Shown here: one piece after another, positions 46,889 through 57,107 of the stretch | Layout: each line of letters begins with the position of its first letter | Numbering within the stretch: the first letter of the stretch is position 1 | Assembly: GCA_964358155.1 (NCBI GenBank) | Contig: CAYHPA010000002.1 | Span: 3,406 to 67,405 of the forward strand | Direction: 5' to 3' | Length of the DNA stretch: 64,000 bases | Source: an uncultured Chitinophaga sp. | GTDB taxonomy: Bacteria; Bacteroidota; Bacteroidia; Chitinophagales; Chitinophagaceae | Program-made: the position numbers and the translations under genes | The notes under the pieces: model-generated | The model's database searches: none | The model's input: the letters and a program-made list of their open reading frames with translations, nothing else | Told to the model about the DNA's origin: nothing

Positions 46889-47597
46889 AAATAATAGCAG
46901 CTGGATGAAACAAATACTGCGCAAGTGCTGGAAATGGTGCAAACGCATTTTCCTCTGGATCTTTATTTTTCAATTCTGCTATATCCTCTTATTGAAGTGG
47001 GTAAACCCACCCATTACCATGACACAGTTTGTAAGCTGGGTAAGCGGCCATGGCTTTAAACGAGATTATGTATGCAGGAGCAATATTTCACCCAATGCAA
47101 AACTGGCCGTTATTGCTGCCGAAGACCAGCTTTTTCCGGATCATCATGGCTTTGACTGGAAGAGTATTAAGAGGGCCTATAACGAAAAAAAACCCGGAAG
47201 GGTTCGTGGAGCCAGCACGATCAGCCAGCAGGTGGCGAAAAATGTTTTTCTCTGGCAGGGCAGAAGCTGGGTGAGAAAAGGACTGGAAGTATATTTCACT
47301 TTTATGATAGAACTCATCTGGGGAAAGAAAAGGATACTGGAAATGTATATGAACCAGGTGGAAATGGGCGAAGGCATATTCGGAATTGAAATGGCTTCGC
47401 AAACTTATTTTCATAAACCGGCGAAGAACCTTACTCAACGTGAAGCAGCATTGGTTGCCGCCTGTTTGCCAAGCCCGAAACGGTATAAAGTAAATTCTGC
47501 CTATATTTCTCAACGGGCATCGGATATCATGCGGCAAATGAATAATCTTTTAACCGATCCTGATATCCGGAGAGTGATCGGGATGAAACCACCGTGA
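46872..47597 (+). CDS. mtgA: monofunctional biosynthetic peptidoglycan transglycosylase
   Basis: I chose the ATG at 46872. GT51 motifs are IAAEDQLFPDHHGFDW, GASTISQQVAKN and RILEMYMNQVEMG. It overlaps the LysE gene by 17 nt. Confidence 0.85.
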   Translation: MANASENNSSWMKQILRKCWKWCKRIFLWIFIFQFCYILLLKWVNPPITMTQFVSWVSGHGFKRDYVCRSNISPNAKLAVIAAEDQLFPDHHGFDWKSIKRAYNEKKPGRVRGASTISQQVAKNVFLWQGRSWVRKGLEVYFTFMIELIWGKKRILEMYMNQVEMGEGIFGIEMASQTYFHKPAKNLTQREAALVAACLPSPKRYKVNSAYISQRASDIMRQMNNLLTDPDIRRVIGMKPP

Positions 47598-47607
47598 TTT
47601 TTACAAA

Positions 47608-47672
47608 GCCTCGTAGAGGCGATATATTGGTAGTAATATTCAATTGAGCGATTTCCTAAGTTCCGTAGGAAC
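47608..47672. repeat. pair of small GTA-loop hairpins between convergent genes
   Basis: GCCTC GTA GAGGC followed by GATATATT (47608-47628), and GTTCC GTA GGAAC followed by GACATATT (47660-47680). Both have the same loop and the same 3' tail pattern. Confidence 0.6.
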
Positions 47673-47679
47673 GACATAT

Positions 47680-49380
47680 TTATTCTATCTGCAATTTTAT
47701 CTTATTGCTATTATGTGTTGGATTATAACCGGGAACGGCAACAGAAAACATCATTTCATATTTTCCATCTTGCAACCCGGGTGTTACTGTTACCAAATCG
47801 TCATCCGTGAGCCGGGCGAGGTCGTGCAGTGTCAGGGGCAACAGTTTTTCAGCAATAATTTTTCTTTTTTGAAAAAAAATCAGGCTGACGCTGTGCTTCA
47901 TATCCGGATGCTCCCATAAATAACCCAATTGCCAGCGGGTCAGGCGGGCTGTGCAATTTAATGACAGAGAATCGCCGCTTTTAATTTTAAAACTGCTTTT
48001 GGTCGTTTCAATCCTGATGGTCTGAAAAGAATTAAACGATGAGTCATACCGGTAGCCAACATAGCCTATAGGAGTTTTTATTGAATCAGGAAATCGTTTC
48101 AGATTGTAGATGTCCAAAAAATAAACCGGCTTTCCAAGCATCTCCTGTTCTATCGGCCAGAAATTATAATTGTTTCTTCTTTCTTTATACAAATTTTGTG
48201 ATAAGGTTATTTGTCCTGAATAGAACCAATATTTACTTGCCCGCTGGTAAGAATTGCTGAACACAATGGGCAATCCTTTTGTTTTTTCCTTCATTATTGC
48301 AGGCCATTCTTTCCAGGCATGGTATCGTTTTTTTATTTGCTTTACAGGAAGAATGTCTTCTATCATTACAATCCTGGCAAACAAAACAATAAACAGGGTG
48401 ACAGGAAGTAAGCGGAACAAAAGCCTTTGCCCCCCGACAGCTATCGGAGTCAATTTTTCCTGCAAATACTGGTGAGCAAGAATTATCAGGGATACAATAG
48501 CAGGCGATGTCCAATTGGCTTCTACTTTTCCACGAAAGGAACTAAGTAAAAAGAAAATATAGATTCCGATCATGCTGTAGCGCATGGCTTTTTCCGTTGC
48601 ATTCTTTGTTTTGTGTAAAAATGCGGCGGGTATTAATATGAGGCCTACTATTGGCCCAGCCAGTATTACTTGTCCCAGCAAATATTCGGCGGTGAAAGAA
48701 AACTTGTACGGATTCACATTGCTTTCAAACAAATGATAGCGGAAACTGATCCAGTTGTTCTCCCACTGCCAGAGGAGGTGCGGTATGTATAACCAGAAAG
48801 CAACCAAACCGGCAATGTATATCTGGGGTTTTCTGAATAACCTGACATTTGAAAGCAATGTAAACAACACAATAAGCACCGCATGGTATTTTGTATAAAA
48901 AAGAAGAGCGACGCAAAACCCCAGGAAAATTGTGTTTTGAGAAGATGGACGGCCTGCAAATCTCTTATAACATAGAAAGAATAGCGCTGTAAAGAAAATA
49001 AGCGGAGTGTCAGGCACGGCATTAAATCCGCTTATTTGTAAGATAGCCAGAGATAAAGTAATGCCGTAAAAAAGCAGCGGATTTTTTTTATCAGTGAGTT
49101 TTTCAATAATGACAAGTGAAAGAACATTTAACAGCAAGGGAAAAAATCTTACACCCAATTCATTCGGAAAAATAGCATAACCCATTTTTACCAGCAGGGC
49201 CGTCATGGGTGGATGATCAAAATAACCGAGGTCAAGGAATTTCGAAAAGACCCAGTAGTACGCTTCATCATCCTGCAGTTCGGTAAGGCCGGCCTGCATC
49301 AACGTCAGCAATAGCCAAAAGCAATAAAAAAGCCAGCGATGGTGTTGATAAATAAATGAACGGAGCGACTGACGATTCAT
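47680..49380 (-). CDS. ArnT/PMT-like (GT39/GT83-type) membrane glycosyltransferase
   Basis: The N-terminal DEAYYWVFSKFLDLGYFDHPPM motif is followed by more than 10 TM helices and a soluble C-terminal domain. Confidence 0.75.
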   Translation of the reverse strand: MNRQSLRSFIYQHHRWLFYCFWLLLTLMQAGLTELQDDEAYYWVFSKFLDLGYFDHPPMTALLVKMGYAIFPNELGVRFFPLLLNVLSLVIIEKLTDKKNPLLFYGITLSLAILQISGFNAVPDTPLIFFTALFFLCYKRFAGRPSSQNTIFLGFCVALLFYTKYHAVLIVLFTLLSNVRLFRKPQIYIAGLVAFWLYIPHLLWQWENNWISFRYHLFESNVNPYKFSFTAEYLLGQVILAGPIVGLILIPAAFLHKTKNATEKAMRYSMIGIYIFFLLSSFRGKVEANWTSPAIVSLIILAHQYLQEKLTPIAVGGQRLLFRLLPVTLFIVLFARIVMIEDILPVKQIKKRYHAWKEWPAIMKEKTKGLPIVFSNSYQRASKYWFYSGQITLSQNLYKERRNNYNFWPIEQEMLGKPVYFLDIYNLKRFPDSIKTPIGYVGYRYDSSFNSFQTIRIETTKSSFKIKSGDSLSLNCTARLTRWQLGYLWEHPDMKHSVSLIFFQKRKIIAEKLLPLTLHDLARLTDDDLVTVTPGLQDGKYEMMFSVAVPGYNPTHNSNKIKLQIE

Positions 49381-49396
49381 TTGTCAAATATAGGAA

Positions 49397-50860
49397 TCAG
49401 TTGCGGTCCTTACCTGTCAATACTTTCATGTCACGAATAGCATCTTGGAGAAAATCAGGATATTCATTAATATGCTTCCTAAGCTCGTCTCTTTTTTGAT
49501 TACCTGCATCCTTTTCCAAATAATTAGTATAAATCTGGTACAGCATGAAGATTAGGCCGCGATTGAAATCATCCAACCTGTTATCTTTGATCATAGTAAG
49601 GGCTTTTTGCTCGAACAGATCCTTGTCCTTGCTTTCAGACAAAGCCCAGGCGGTTCTCCAAATAGTACCATAATAATGATTATTGGCAACATTACTGGCG
49701 CGGAGACTCAAGCCAAGCATTAGATCGACAACATTGAGATCGAGTGTTTCTAATTCTTTCAAATAAGTTTTTCTTTGTCCCCATGCATAACTACCATCGG
49801 TCATACGATCAAAACGATCATGCATGATATCGAGATGTGCTCTCAGGAAAATATCCCAGCTATGTGCCTGTGCGGATAATAAAGCTATTTCCCTTGCATG
49901 TATCCTCGGTGATTGGTCCTGGCTACACATCCCTACTACACGTCTGCTTCTTTTGAGCGCCAATGCATCATTGGGGGATACAAAATGAGCGATCAATTTT
50001 TCTTCGCCATCAGAAACGGCCCCGATTGATTGAGCCGCTTCATTCAATTCAACCACTATTCTTCTGAAATAATCATCTCCGCTCAATTTTTCAATGGCCC
50101 TTTCCGCCTTCTCGCTTGAGATCCTATTATATATCCAGCGATCATCTCCCCTGTTTTTTATTTTTAATGACGAATTTATGTAGTCATTCACCTTCTTGTG
50201 AATTTCACTGTATTCTCCCGTGTTGCCTGCAGTTTTGATCAATGGTTTAAAAACAACAGAAGTGGTATCTACCATACAGTCGACATACTGGATCAATGAT
50301 GCGTATTCTTTAGGAATCGATTTTGATTGTAGTTTTTCTGGAAAATAGTAACAGAAGATCTCATAGTAGTTGGTATATTGCTGAGGGGTTTCATAAATGA
50401 ATAACCAATTTCCTTCCTTTATCTCGCCTGTTGTTTTTCGTCCGCCACCAAAATTTTGCGACTCATAGCCATGTTCTGCTGTGCCGGACAAATAGTAGGT
50501 TTTACCTTTTATTAATATTGAGGTCGTATCGCAGGATCTGAGGAACGGGCGATGTTTTGAGACTAATTCATGAAAGCTAATTTTATCGATATCTGCAACA
50601 ATAGATCTCAGATCATTTTTTTCATCCGTAAAGCGGGCATAGTAAAACCTTCCTTGCGGCATAGAAAAATATTGCTGATTCGGCTCACATGACTTGAACT
50701 TCAGGTTGAGGGAGTCGACAATGAAACGGAGAGCTTTAATATCTCCATCGCTATACATCAGCCCATTTGAATTTGTAGCAAATTCACCTCTGGCAGGACC
50801 TTGGCCAGTGGCAATTATGGCGGCTAAAAAAAAGGCCACCAAAGGGGAAATTTTTTTCAT
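49397..50860 (-). CDS. hypothetical secreted protein
   Basis: I chose the ATG at 50860 (MKKISPLVAFFLAAIIATGQG, a signal peptide). I recognise no family. It lies 16 nt upstream of the glycosyltransferase on the same strand. Confidence 0.55.
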   Translation of the reverse strand: MKKISPLVAFFLAAIIATGQGPARGEFATNSNGLMYSDGDIKALRFIVDSLNLKFKSCEPNQQYFSMPQGRFYYARFTDEKNDLRSIVADIDKISFHELVSKHRPFLRSCDTTSILIKGKTYYLSGTAEHGYESQNFGGGRKTTGEIKEGNWLFIYETPQQYTNYYEIFCYYFPEKLQSKSIPKEYASLIQYVDCMVDTTSVVFKPLIKTAGNTGEYSEIHKKVNDYINSSLKIKNRGDDRWIYNRISSEKAERAIEKLSGDDYFRRIVVELNEAAQSIGAVSDGEEKLIAHFVSPNDALALKRSRRVVGMCSQDQSPRIHAREIALLSAQAHSWDIFLRAHLDIMHDRFDRMTDGSYAWGQRKTYLKELETLDLNVVDLMLGLSLRASNVANNHYYGTIWRTAWALSESKDKDLFEQKALTMIKDNRLDDFNRGLIFMLYQIYTNYLEKDAGNQKRDELRKHINEYPDFLQDAIRDMKVLTGKDRN

Positions 50861-50914
50861 GACGGTTGGTTTGATCATATAAAGACGCACCCGGGTTTAA
50901 GATTGCACAAAGAA

Positions 50915-51463
50915 CTATAAGATTTTGTTAACCGCCGCAATGGCATTTTGCAGCCTTTCATCATTGTTGCCGCATATTTCTGCCCAAGGCACGGATTGAT
51001 TTATCATGATGTCCTTGTAGATATGATAGAGCCGGTCCCTTGTTTTCAGGTCAGGATATTCCCGCAATTCATCTTTTGTCCACGGCAGATCTATATTGCA
51101 AAGCAGGTAGAGGTCATATTTTCTTTCTACTATCTGGTCAAGAATAAAACGATGGCATTTTTCAAAAACAAACTCACACCAGACTTTCATGACGTACATA
51201 TCCGTGTCGATGAAGAGTGGTGAGTGGGGTTTGGCGAGTGGCGAGAGGGGCCGGTTCATCATCGCTGTGTATTCGTCCTCCAGTGCCAGTTGTCCTTTTG
51301 CAATGGTTAGAAGATCATCGTAAGAATAATTTGTGCCATTGGTTAATAAATATTCTCTTGCAAATTCCGGGCACCACATGCTGTCATAATGCTGTGCCAG
51401 CTGTTCGCATAAGGTGCTTTTGCCGGTGCTTTCGGGTCCTATGACGACGATTTTTTTAAGCAT
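50915..51463 (-). CDS. NadR-type ribosylnicotinamide kinase-like ATPase (kinase domain only)
   Basis: The P-loop is VIGPESTGKSTL and the protein is 182 aa. It overlaps pnuC by 8 nt, the classic pnuC-nadR pairing. Confidence 0.7.
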   Translation of the reverse strand: MLKKIVVIGPESTGKSTLCEQLAQHYDSMWCPEFAREYLLTNGTNYSYDDLLTIAKGQLALEDEYTAMMNRPLSPLAKPHSPLFIDTDMYVMKVWCEFVFEKCHRFILDQIVERKYDLYLLCNIDLPWTKDELREYPDLKTRDRLYHIYKDIMINQSVPWAEICGNNDERLQNAIAAVNKIL

Positions 51464-52085
51464 GGGATCGCTTTGCTCTTTTTATCCATTCCAGCAAACC
51501 AAATACAGCCATTACAAGTAAGACCAGATAATAAACACTGGTAAACACATAATGTTTTGCAAAGTACAAAGGGATAGAAGCAATATTCGTAGCAATCCAC
51601 CAATACCAGCTTTCCACTTTCTTTTTTGTCATGAGCCACATGCCGGTAAAGGCGCTGGCGGAAGCGAGTGCATCTGCCCACGGAATTGCACCCGGGGCAA
51701 AATCTTTTTTCAGGTAAGTAAGAGCAAAAAAGATAACGATATAAAATGCAGCGAAAAAAGACAACTGGTACTTCCACCACTTCTTATCAGAGAAAGTAAT
51801 ATTAACTACAGGGTGTTTTGCAGCATCTTTTTTAGTCCACAGTATCCATCCGTAAATACTCATTACCGTATAATAAAAATTGACAGAGGCTTCACCCGGC
51901 AATTGCCCTTCCATACTTATCCATACATAAATGATGGTATTGATAAGTCCGACCGGATAAACAAGGATGTTTTCAATACGGCTGAACCATACACTGGCAA
52001 TGCCGGCGAACACCGCAAGGTATTCGTACCAGGGAGTTGCTTTCATGCCGTCAACAAACTGCTGCCATATTTCGTGTATGCTCAA
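51456..52085 (-). CDS. pnuC: nicotinamide riboside transporter
   Basis: 209 aa with about seven TM helices and Trp-rich motifs (WYWWIATNIASIPLY). It is paired with the NadR-like kinase. Confidence 0.75.
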   Translation of the reverse strand: MSIHEIWQQFVDGMKATPWYEYLAVFAGIASVWFSRIENILVYPVGLINTIIYVWISMEGQLPGEASVNFYYTVMSIYGWILWTKKDAAKHPVVNITFSDKKWWKYQLSFFAAFYIVIFFALTYLKKDFAPGAIPWADALASASAFTGMWLMTKKKVESWYWWIATNIASIPLYFAKHYVFTSVYYLVLLVMAVFGLLEWIKRAKRSHA

Positions 52086-52111
52086 AGAATTCTTTTTTCA
52101 AATGTAGGTAA

Positions 52112-52705
52112 TCACTGCCGGGACCTGTACGATTTCCATGCCCGCAGGTATCTGACGCCTTTCGATGTCTGAAACCTTGTCGGCACCGTCTGCCATCGTC
52201 CGTTTCTGGACGTCCATACCAGGAAATGAAGATGCGGCATAGAGGCGTAACCTGTTTTTCCGCTCAGGCCTATTACTTGGCCCTTTTTTACAGAGTCTCC
52301 CACATTTACAAGTGCGCCATCTTTTTGCAAATGCCAATAACCTGCCCGGCTGCCGTCCGGATGCTGAATGACGATATTGTTGCCATCCTTACTATATTTC
52401 TTATTCCAACCGCCCTTGTCGCTGTCTTCTTTTATTCTTATCACTACACCCTCTCTGGCTGCACAAACCTTTGTTCTTCTTTTCATTTTAAAATCCAGCG
52501 CCGCTCTTTCCTGGTGAGAAAAAATCCCAAAATAGCCCTGCACAATAAGATGTGATCTTCCCTGCTCATAAGGCAGGGCATATACATAACTCGTGTCATC
52601 TTTCAGTTTCCCTTTTTGCAACAGCTTTACCTGTTTGCGTAACGGATTTTTGCTGACAGAGCAACCGAGGCATACAAGCATTATGACGGGCAAGAATATT
52701 TTCAC
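52112..52705 (-). CDS. M23-family metallopeptidase lipoprotein (paralogue 1)
   Basis: MKIFLPVIMLVCLGCS is the signal. ALDFKM, GNNIVIQHPDGSRAGYWHL and GYASMPHLHFLVW (HxH zinc motif) are M23 features. Confidence 0.85.
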   Translation of the reverse strand: MKIFLPVIMLVCLGCSVSKNPLRKQVKLLQKGKLKDDTSYVYALPYEQGRSHLIVQGYFGIFSHQERAALDFKMKRRTKVCAAREGVVIRIKEDSDKGGWNKKYSKDGNNIVIQHPDGSRAGYWHLQKDGALVNVGDSVKKGQVIGLSGKTGYASMPHLHFLVWTSRNGRWQTVPTRFQTSKGVRYLRAWKSYRSRQ

Positions 52706-52818
52706 GGGTATAAAAGTACTTTCATCCTGTCAAAACCAACGTTCATAATTATTTAATTGTTTGAGAAATAAAAACATGGTATATTTTCTCCCCTTTTAAA
52801 AAACAAAAATCAACGATT

Positions 52819-53175
52819 ATGACAACACAGGAAGTAGCCAACCGGATGAGTGAACTTTTTAAGGAAAACAAGTGGGATCAGGTGCAGGCCGAACTTTTTG
52901 CAGATGATTGCGAAAGTATTGAACCGCCCCATGCCCAGGGAATGCAGTCGGTAAAAGGCAAGGATGCCATTAAAAAGAAAGGAGAGGATTTTAATGCCAT
53001 GGTAGAGGAAGTGCATGGGGGCTGGGTATCTGACCTGTTGGTCGGCGGCCGCCACGTTACCTGCGCTATGGGCCTGGATGTAACAATGAAAGGCATGGGC
53101 CGCATTAAAATGGAAGAAGTGTGTGTGTATGAAGTAAAGGACGGAAAAATTGTGAAAGAGGAATTTTTCTATTGA
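52819..53175 (+). CDS. SnoaL-like / NTF2-fold small protein
   Basis: 118 aa. The pattern MTTQEVANRMSELFKENKWDQV...VYEVKDGKIVKEEFFY is typical of NTF2-like proteins. Confidence 0.5.
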   Translation: MTTQEVANRMSELFKENKWDQVQAELFADDCESIEPPHAQGMQSVKGKDAIKKKGEDFNAMVEEVHGGWVSDLLVGGRHVTCAMGLDVTMKGMGRIKMEEVCVYEVKDGKIVKEEFFY

Positions 53176-53187
53176 AAGAAGAAAACA

Positions 53188-53205
53188 ACCCGATAGCTAT
53201 CGGGT
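53188..53205. repeat. perfect 18-bp palindrome ACCCGATAGCTATCGGGT
   Basis: Read directly. It lies 13 nt after the stop codon. Its inner 16-mer is identical to 14956-14971. Confidence 0.85.
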
Positions 53206-53209
53206 GACC

Positions 53210-53244
53210 GGCGATTCTTCATACAGGATCGCCTTTTTTGTTTT
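53210..53244 (+). terminator. Rho-independent terminator after the NTF2-like gene
   Basis: GGCGAT tcttcatacagg ATCGCC followed by TTTTTTGTTTT. Confidence 0.75.
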
Positions 53245-53258
53245 ACCAATCAATTGAC

Positions 53259-53624
53259 ATGAGTATAGAAAAAATAAACATCGGAGAGAAAATGTCACAA
53301 TTCAGCGACTATTTCAATCCCCGCATTGCCGGCGAGCTAAACGGGCAACAGGTGAAGCTGGTAAAATTCAAAGGAGAATTTATTTGGCACCACCACGATA
53401 ACGAAGATGAATTATTTTATGTGGTGAAAGGAAGTTTTGACATGCACATGCGGGATAAAACCATTACAGTTAATACCGGCGAATTTTTAATTATGCCAAA
53501 AGGAGTAGAACACAAGCCAGTGGCAAAAGAAGAAGTCGAGATCATGCTTTTTGAACCAGCATCTACATTAAACACCGGGAATGTGGAAAATGAGATGACT
53601 ATTAGAAACCTGAAACAGGCATAA
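53259..53624 (+). CDS. cupin-domain protein
   Basis: I chose the ATG at 53259, because the TTG at 53238 lies inside the terminator T-run. WHHHDNEDELFYVVKG and PKGVEHKP are cupin motifs 1 and 2. Confidence 0.75.
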   Translation: MSIEKINIGEKMSQFSDYFNPRIAGELNGQQVKLVKFKGEFIWHHHDNEDELFYVVKGSFDMHMRDKTITVNTGEFLIMPKGVEHKPVAKEEVEIMLFEPASTLNTGNVENEMTIRNLKQA

Positions 53625-53629
53625 TTAAT

Positions 53630-56347
53630 TTAACCGGGCCTTTTCTTTACTTCTGCAGGGGAATAACCATATCGTTCGCTGAAGCATTTACTGAAATAAG
53701 CCGGGGACGAAAAGCCGGTCATAAACGCTACTTCTGTTACATTGCCGGCTCCTTTTTGTAATAGGTACAGTGCCCTTTCCAATCGAAAATTTCGTACCAG
53801 TTCATTAGGCGCTTCACCGGTAAGGGCTTTCAGCTTCCGGTGTAGTTGGCTGCGGCTCATGTTTACAGCATTCGCCAGCTCAACAACACTGAAAAATTCA
53901 TTGTCCAGGTTTTCAGTGATGCAGGAACGGGTTTTTTCCAGGAAAATATTCTCATGGCTTTGCACTTCCACTTTATCCGGGGTAATGCTGATTATTTTTT
54001 TTGAAAATAGTTCTCTTAATTTTTTCCGCTGTTCTACCAGGTTTTGAATGCGGGCAATCAACTCATCTCCGTCAAAAGGTTTTACCAGGTAATCGTCAGC
54101 GCCGGTTTTTAATCCTTCTATTTTACTTTCCGCCGTTGCTTTTGCCGTAAGCATGATAACGGGAATATGACTTGTTTTTTCATTTTGTTTCACCTCGTTT
54201 GTCATAGCTACTCCGTCCATTACAGGCATCATCACATCCGTTACAATTAAATCGGGTATCAGCAATAATGCTTTTTCAATTCCTTCCTTTCCATTGCCGG
54301 CTACTGCAGTATTAAATTCTCTTTTTAATATATCACTGATGAATTGTTGCAGATCAGTATTATCTTCTACTATTAATACCGTTGACATTGAAGAATCGGT
54401 GATAGCATCATCGGGCTCATTGGCTGAATTAATAACAGGCGGAACGGAAGATATAGCTGCAACTTCCTCTGATGTCATTTTTATTTCTTCATCAGAATAA
54501 AATTCCCTTGCTACGGGGATGCTGAGCCGGAAGCTGGCCCCTTTGCCCCAATCACTGCTTACACTGATCTGGCCTTTATGCAACTGTATCAGTTCTTTTA
54601 CCAGTGACAGGCCGATTCCGGTTCCCCCTTCTGTACCTTCTACCTGGTAAAAGCGGTCAAAAACTTTATCCAATTGTTCTTTTGGAATGCCGGTGCCGCT
54701 GTCCTGCACGGTAATGCGGATTCTTTTATCGCCATTTTCAATAGCTACAGATACAGAGCCATTTTCTGTTGTGAACTTAAAAGCATTGGATAAAAGGTTG
54801 CTTACTATTTTCTGAAACTTGTCTTTATCAATCCAGCCGATAATTTCATGTTCGGGAAAATGGGTATGATAGTTCACCTGCTTTTGTTCAGCCATGCTAT
54901 TGAATGAATAAACAGTCGCCTTCAGCAAACCGGTAATGTCTGTTTTGCTTACCTGTAGTTCCATTTTACCGCTTTCTAATTTACTCAGGTCAAGCATCTG
55001 GTTGATGAGGTGCAACAACCGCTCTCCGTTATGCCGCATCATCTTTATGTATTTTTTGCTGCTATCATCATCCAGTTTTCCCTGTTCCATTTGTTTCAAC
55101 GGCCCCAGCATCAACGTTAAAGGTGTACGGAACTCATGAGAGATGTTGGCGAAGAATGAATTCTTTATTTTATCAAGATGCCTGAGTTTTTCAGCTTCTG
55201 TATGTTCTATCTCGGCTTGCAGCCGGGCTCGTTTTTGTTTCAGCAACTGCCTGTTCCGGAAAATATAAAAACCTGCTGCTGCCAGTAAAAGAAGCACGGC
55301 AGAAAGGAACAAAAGCCTGTTTCGTTTTTCTTTCTCCCTGTTTATCTCCTTTTCTTTTTGTGCTGTTTTGTAAATGGTTTCAAGCTCAAGGTTAGCCTTG
55401 CTGTATTGCTGGCTTAAATGAAGAGAGTCGGTTTTGAATTGCAGCTGCTGGTAATGCATAGCTTGTTTGTAATCCTGCCGGGCCATATACATTTCCTTCA
55501 GTCCGATATAAATACTGGCTTCGCCTTCGGTATTGCCGCAAGACTGGCATACCGGCAGGGCTTTATTGTACCAGGGTTCTGCTTCACTCCACCTATTCTG
55601 TTTCCGGTAGGTATGTCCGATGTTTAATAAGGAAAAACAAAGGCCATATTTTTCATCCGGCAATGTTTCCATTATCTCTACCGACTTTATATAATACTCC
55701 CTTGCTTTGTCAATATCTCCCCGCAACTGGTAATTAACGCCGGTATTGTTTATGGCAGTAAACTCAAGGTCCCTGTATTGATAGGTAATAGCAAGCTCCA
55801 GCGCTTTGTTATAGTAAGTTAATGTGGTATCGGTTGGATTATACATGGCCCCTATAAGCATATAATCAAGTCCAAGCTCTTTCCACTGCTTCAACCTTTC
55901 ATGTATTAGGGCAGCCTCAGTTGCCCTTTTTATTGTGAGGGGTTTGTTTTTCTCCAGTTTGTTAAGGTAAGCGATGGTTTGAAGGGCGGCCGCTTTTAAT
56001 GAATCGTTGTTATTTTTTTCTGCTTCATCAAGTATGGGGAGTAAGGTTTGTGATGCCTTTTCCAGGTTTAATTTTTTGATATAGGAGTTTCCAATTCTTA
56101 ATTGTGCAAAAGGAGCATAATCTTTATCCCTTTCTTTTGCATATTTGATAAAATCTTCGCTGATTAGTATAGCTGTGTCAACCTGGTACCGGGAATAGAT
56201 CTTTTCAAGTTTTTTATAGGCCTCTCTTTTTTTGGTTACATTTTCTGCATTCCGATAAGCATCCCAATAGGGTTCGGTAAACTTGCTTTGCGTAAAAGCA
56301 GTGTTTACAATCAGAAAGGCTGTCAGTATAAAAAAAAGTACCCGCAA
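53630..56347 (-). CDS. hybrid sensor histidine kinase / response regulator with an N-terminal TPR region and a C-terminal AraC-type HTH
   Basis: It has TPR-like repeats and one TM helix. The H-box is ISHEFRTPLTLM and the ATPase has VQDSGTGIP. The receiver has VLIVEDN...DLIVTDVMMPVMDG. The HTH is VVELANAVNMSRSQLHRKLK. It has a TTG start. Confidence 0.85.
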   Translation of the reverse strand: MRVLFFILTAFLIVNTAFTQSKFTEPYWDAYRNAENVTKKREAYKKLEKIYSRYQVDTAILISEDFIKYAKERDKDYAPFAQLRIGNSYIKKLNLEKASQTLLPILDEAEKNNNDSLKAAALQTIAYLNKLEKNKPLTIKRATEAALIHERLKQWKELGLDYMLIGAMYNPTDTTLTYYNKALELAITYQYRDLEFTAINNTGVNYQLRGDIDKAREYYIKSVEIMETLPDEKYGLCFSLLNIGHTYRKQNRWSEAEPWYNKALPVCQSCGNTEGEASIYIGLKEMYMARQDYKQAMHYQQLQFKTDSLHLSQQYSKANLELETIYKTAQKEKEINREKEKRNRLLFLSAVLLLLAAAGFYIFRNRQLLKQKRARLQAEIEHTEAEKLRHLDKIKNSFFANISHEFRTPLTLMLGPLKQMEQGKLDDDSSKKYIKMMRHNGERLLHLINQMLDLSKLESGKMELQVSKTDITGLLKATVYSFNSMAEQKQVNYHTHFPEHEIIGWIDKDKFQKIVSNLLSNAFKFTTENGSVSVAIENGDKRIRITVQDSGTGIPKEQLDKVFDRFYQVEGTEGGTGIGLSLVKELIQLHKGQISVSSDWGKGASFRLSIPVAREFYSDEEIKMTSEEVAAISSVPPVINSANEPDDAITDSSMSTVLIVEDNTDLQQFISDILKREFNTAVAGNGKEGIEKALLLIPDLIVTDVMMPVMDGVAMTNEVKQNEKTSHIPVIMLTAKATAESKIEGLKTGADDYLVKPFDGDELIARIQNLVEQRKKLRELFSKKIISITPDKVEVQSHENIFLEKTRSCITENLDNEFFSVVELANAVNMSRSQLHRKLKALTGEAPNELVRNFRLERALYLLQKGAGNVTEVAFMTGFSSPAYFSKCFSERYGYSPAEVKKRPG

Positions 56348-56431
56348 GGATAAAAATTATTACGTACAAGGTAAATTAATCTGAACAACTATAAGGGCCG
56401 GTTCAATATTTACGGAACCGGCCCCTTAAAA

Positions 56432-56917
56432 TTATTGCCTTGGTTTTACCGGGGTCATGGTCACCTGCTCAAAAAGCCAGCTGTCTTTCGTTCTTTTAAG
56501 TATAACCGACATGGCAAAAACTTCTTTCTCGGCCTTATTGCCAAAATGCAGGGTTTGCTCGTCATTGTAATTCACCAAAATTAAATCGTCGCTCAGGTAA
56601 CGGGTGTTCCAGTTTGTTTGGTTGTTGTCCATTTTGTCAGGTCTGGGTAATGTCATAAACCACGCAAAGAGTTTTTTATAGAATTCTGTTAGTGCGGCAC
56701 GGCCTGTTACAATTTGCCCATCCGGGGAAATATGAGTGCCCTTTTCAGTATAATAACCAGCAAGGCCGGCGGCATCAAATCTTCCGAAGGCAGACCTCAT
56801 TTCCAGGTAAACCTTTGTGGTTGCGGTGGAATCAGCTATAGAAATTTTTTGCGCATTTGCAGTAAAGCTGAAAGTTGTTGCAAGCAGCAATATGGCTGCG
56901 GTAAATAAATGTTTCAT
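56432..56917 (-). CDS. secreted NTF2-fold (SnoaL/DUF4440-like) protein
   Basis: It has a signal peptide (AAILLLATTFSFTANAQ). FDAAGLAGYYTEKGTHISPDGQIVTGRAAL is typical of DUF4440/SnoaL-like domains. Confidence 0.55.
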   Translation of the reverse strand: MKHLFTAAILLLATTFSFTANAQKISIADSTATTKVYLEMRSAFGRFDAAGLAGYYTEKGTHISPDGQIVTGRAALTEFYKKLFAWFMTLPRPDKMDNNQTNWNTRYLSDDLILVNYNDEQTLHFGNKAEKEVFAMSVILKRTKDSWLFEQVTMTPVKPRQ

Positions 56918-57052
56918 TGTTTTGTTTTTTGATTTAAAAATTATGAGACAAAAATGGGGCTGTTACAAAGCCGGAAACAAGCATTCCGGAAGCAAAGACT
57001 TTTAAATTTGTCGCATTTTGCCCGGGTTGCGACAATATTTAATTGACATGCA

Positions 57053-57080
57053 ACAAAAAAGCAACCGGTAATGGTTGCTT
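57053..57080 (-). terminator. Rho-independent terminator after the SRPBCC gene
   Basis: On the minus strand: AAGCAACC attacc GGTTGCTT followed by TTTTTTG. Confidence 0.7.
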
Positions 57081-57107
57081 TAAAACAATTATTTATTTAA
57101 AACAAGG

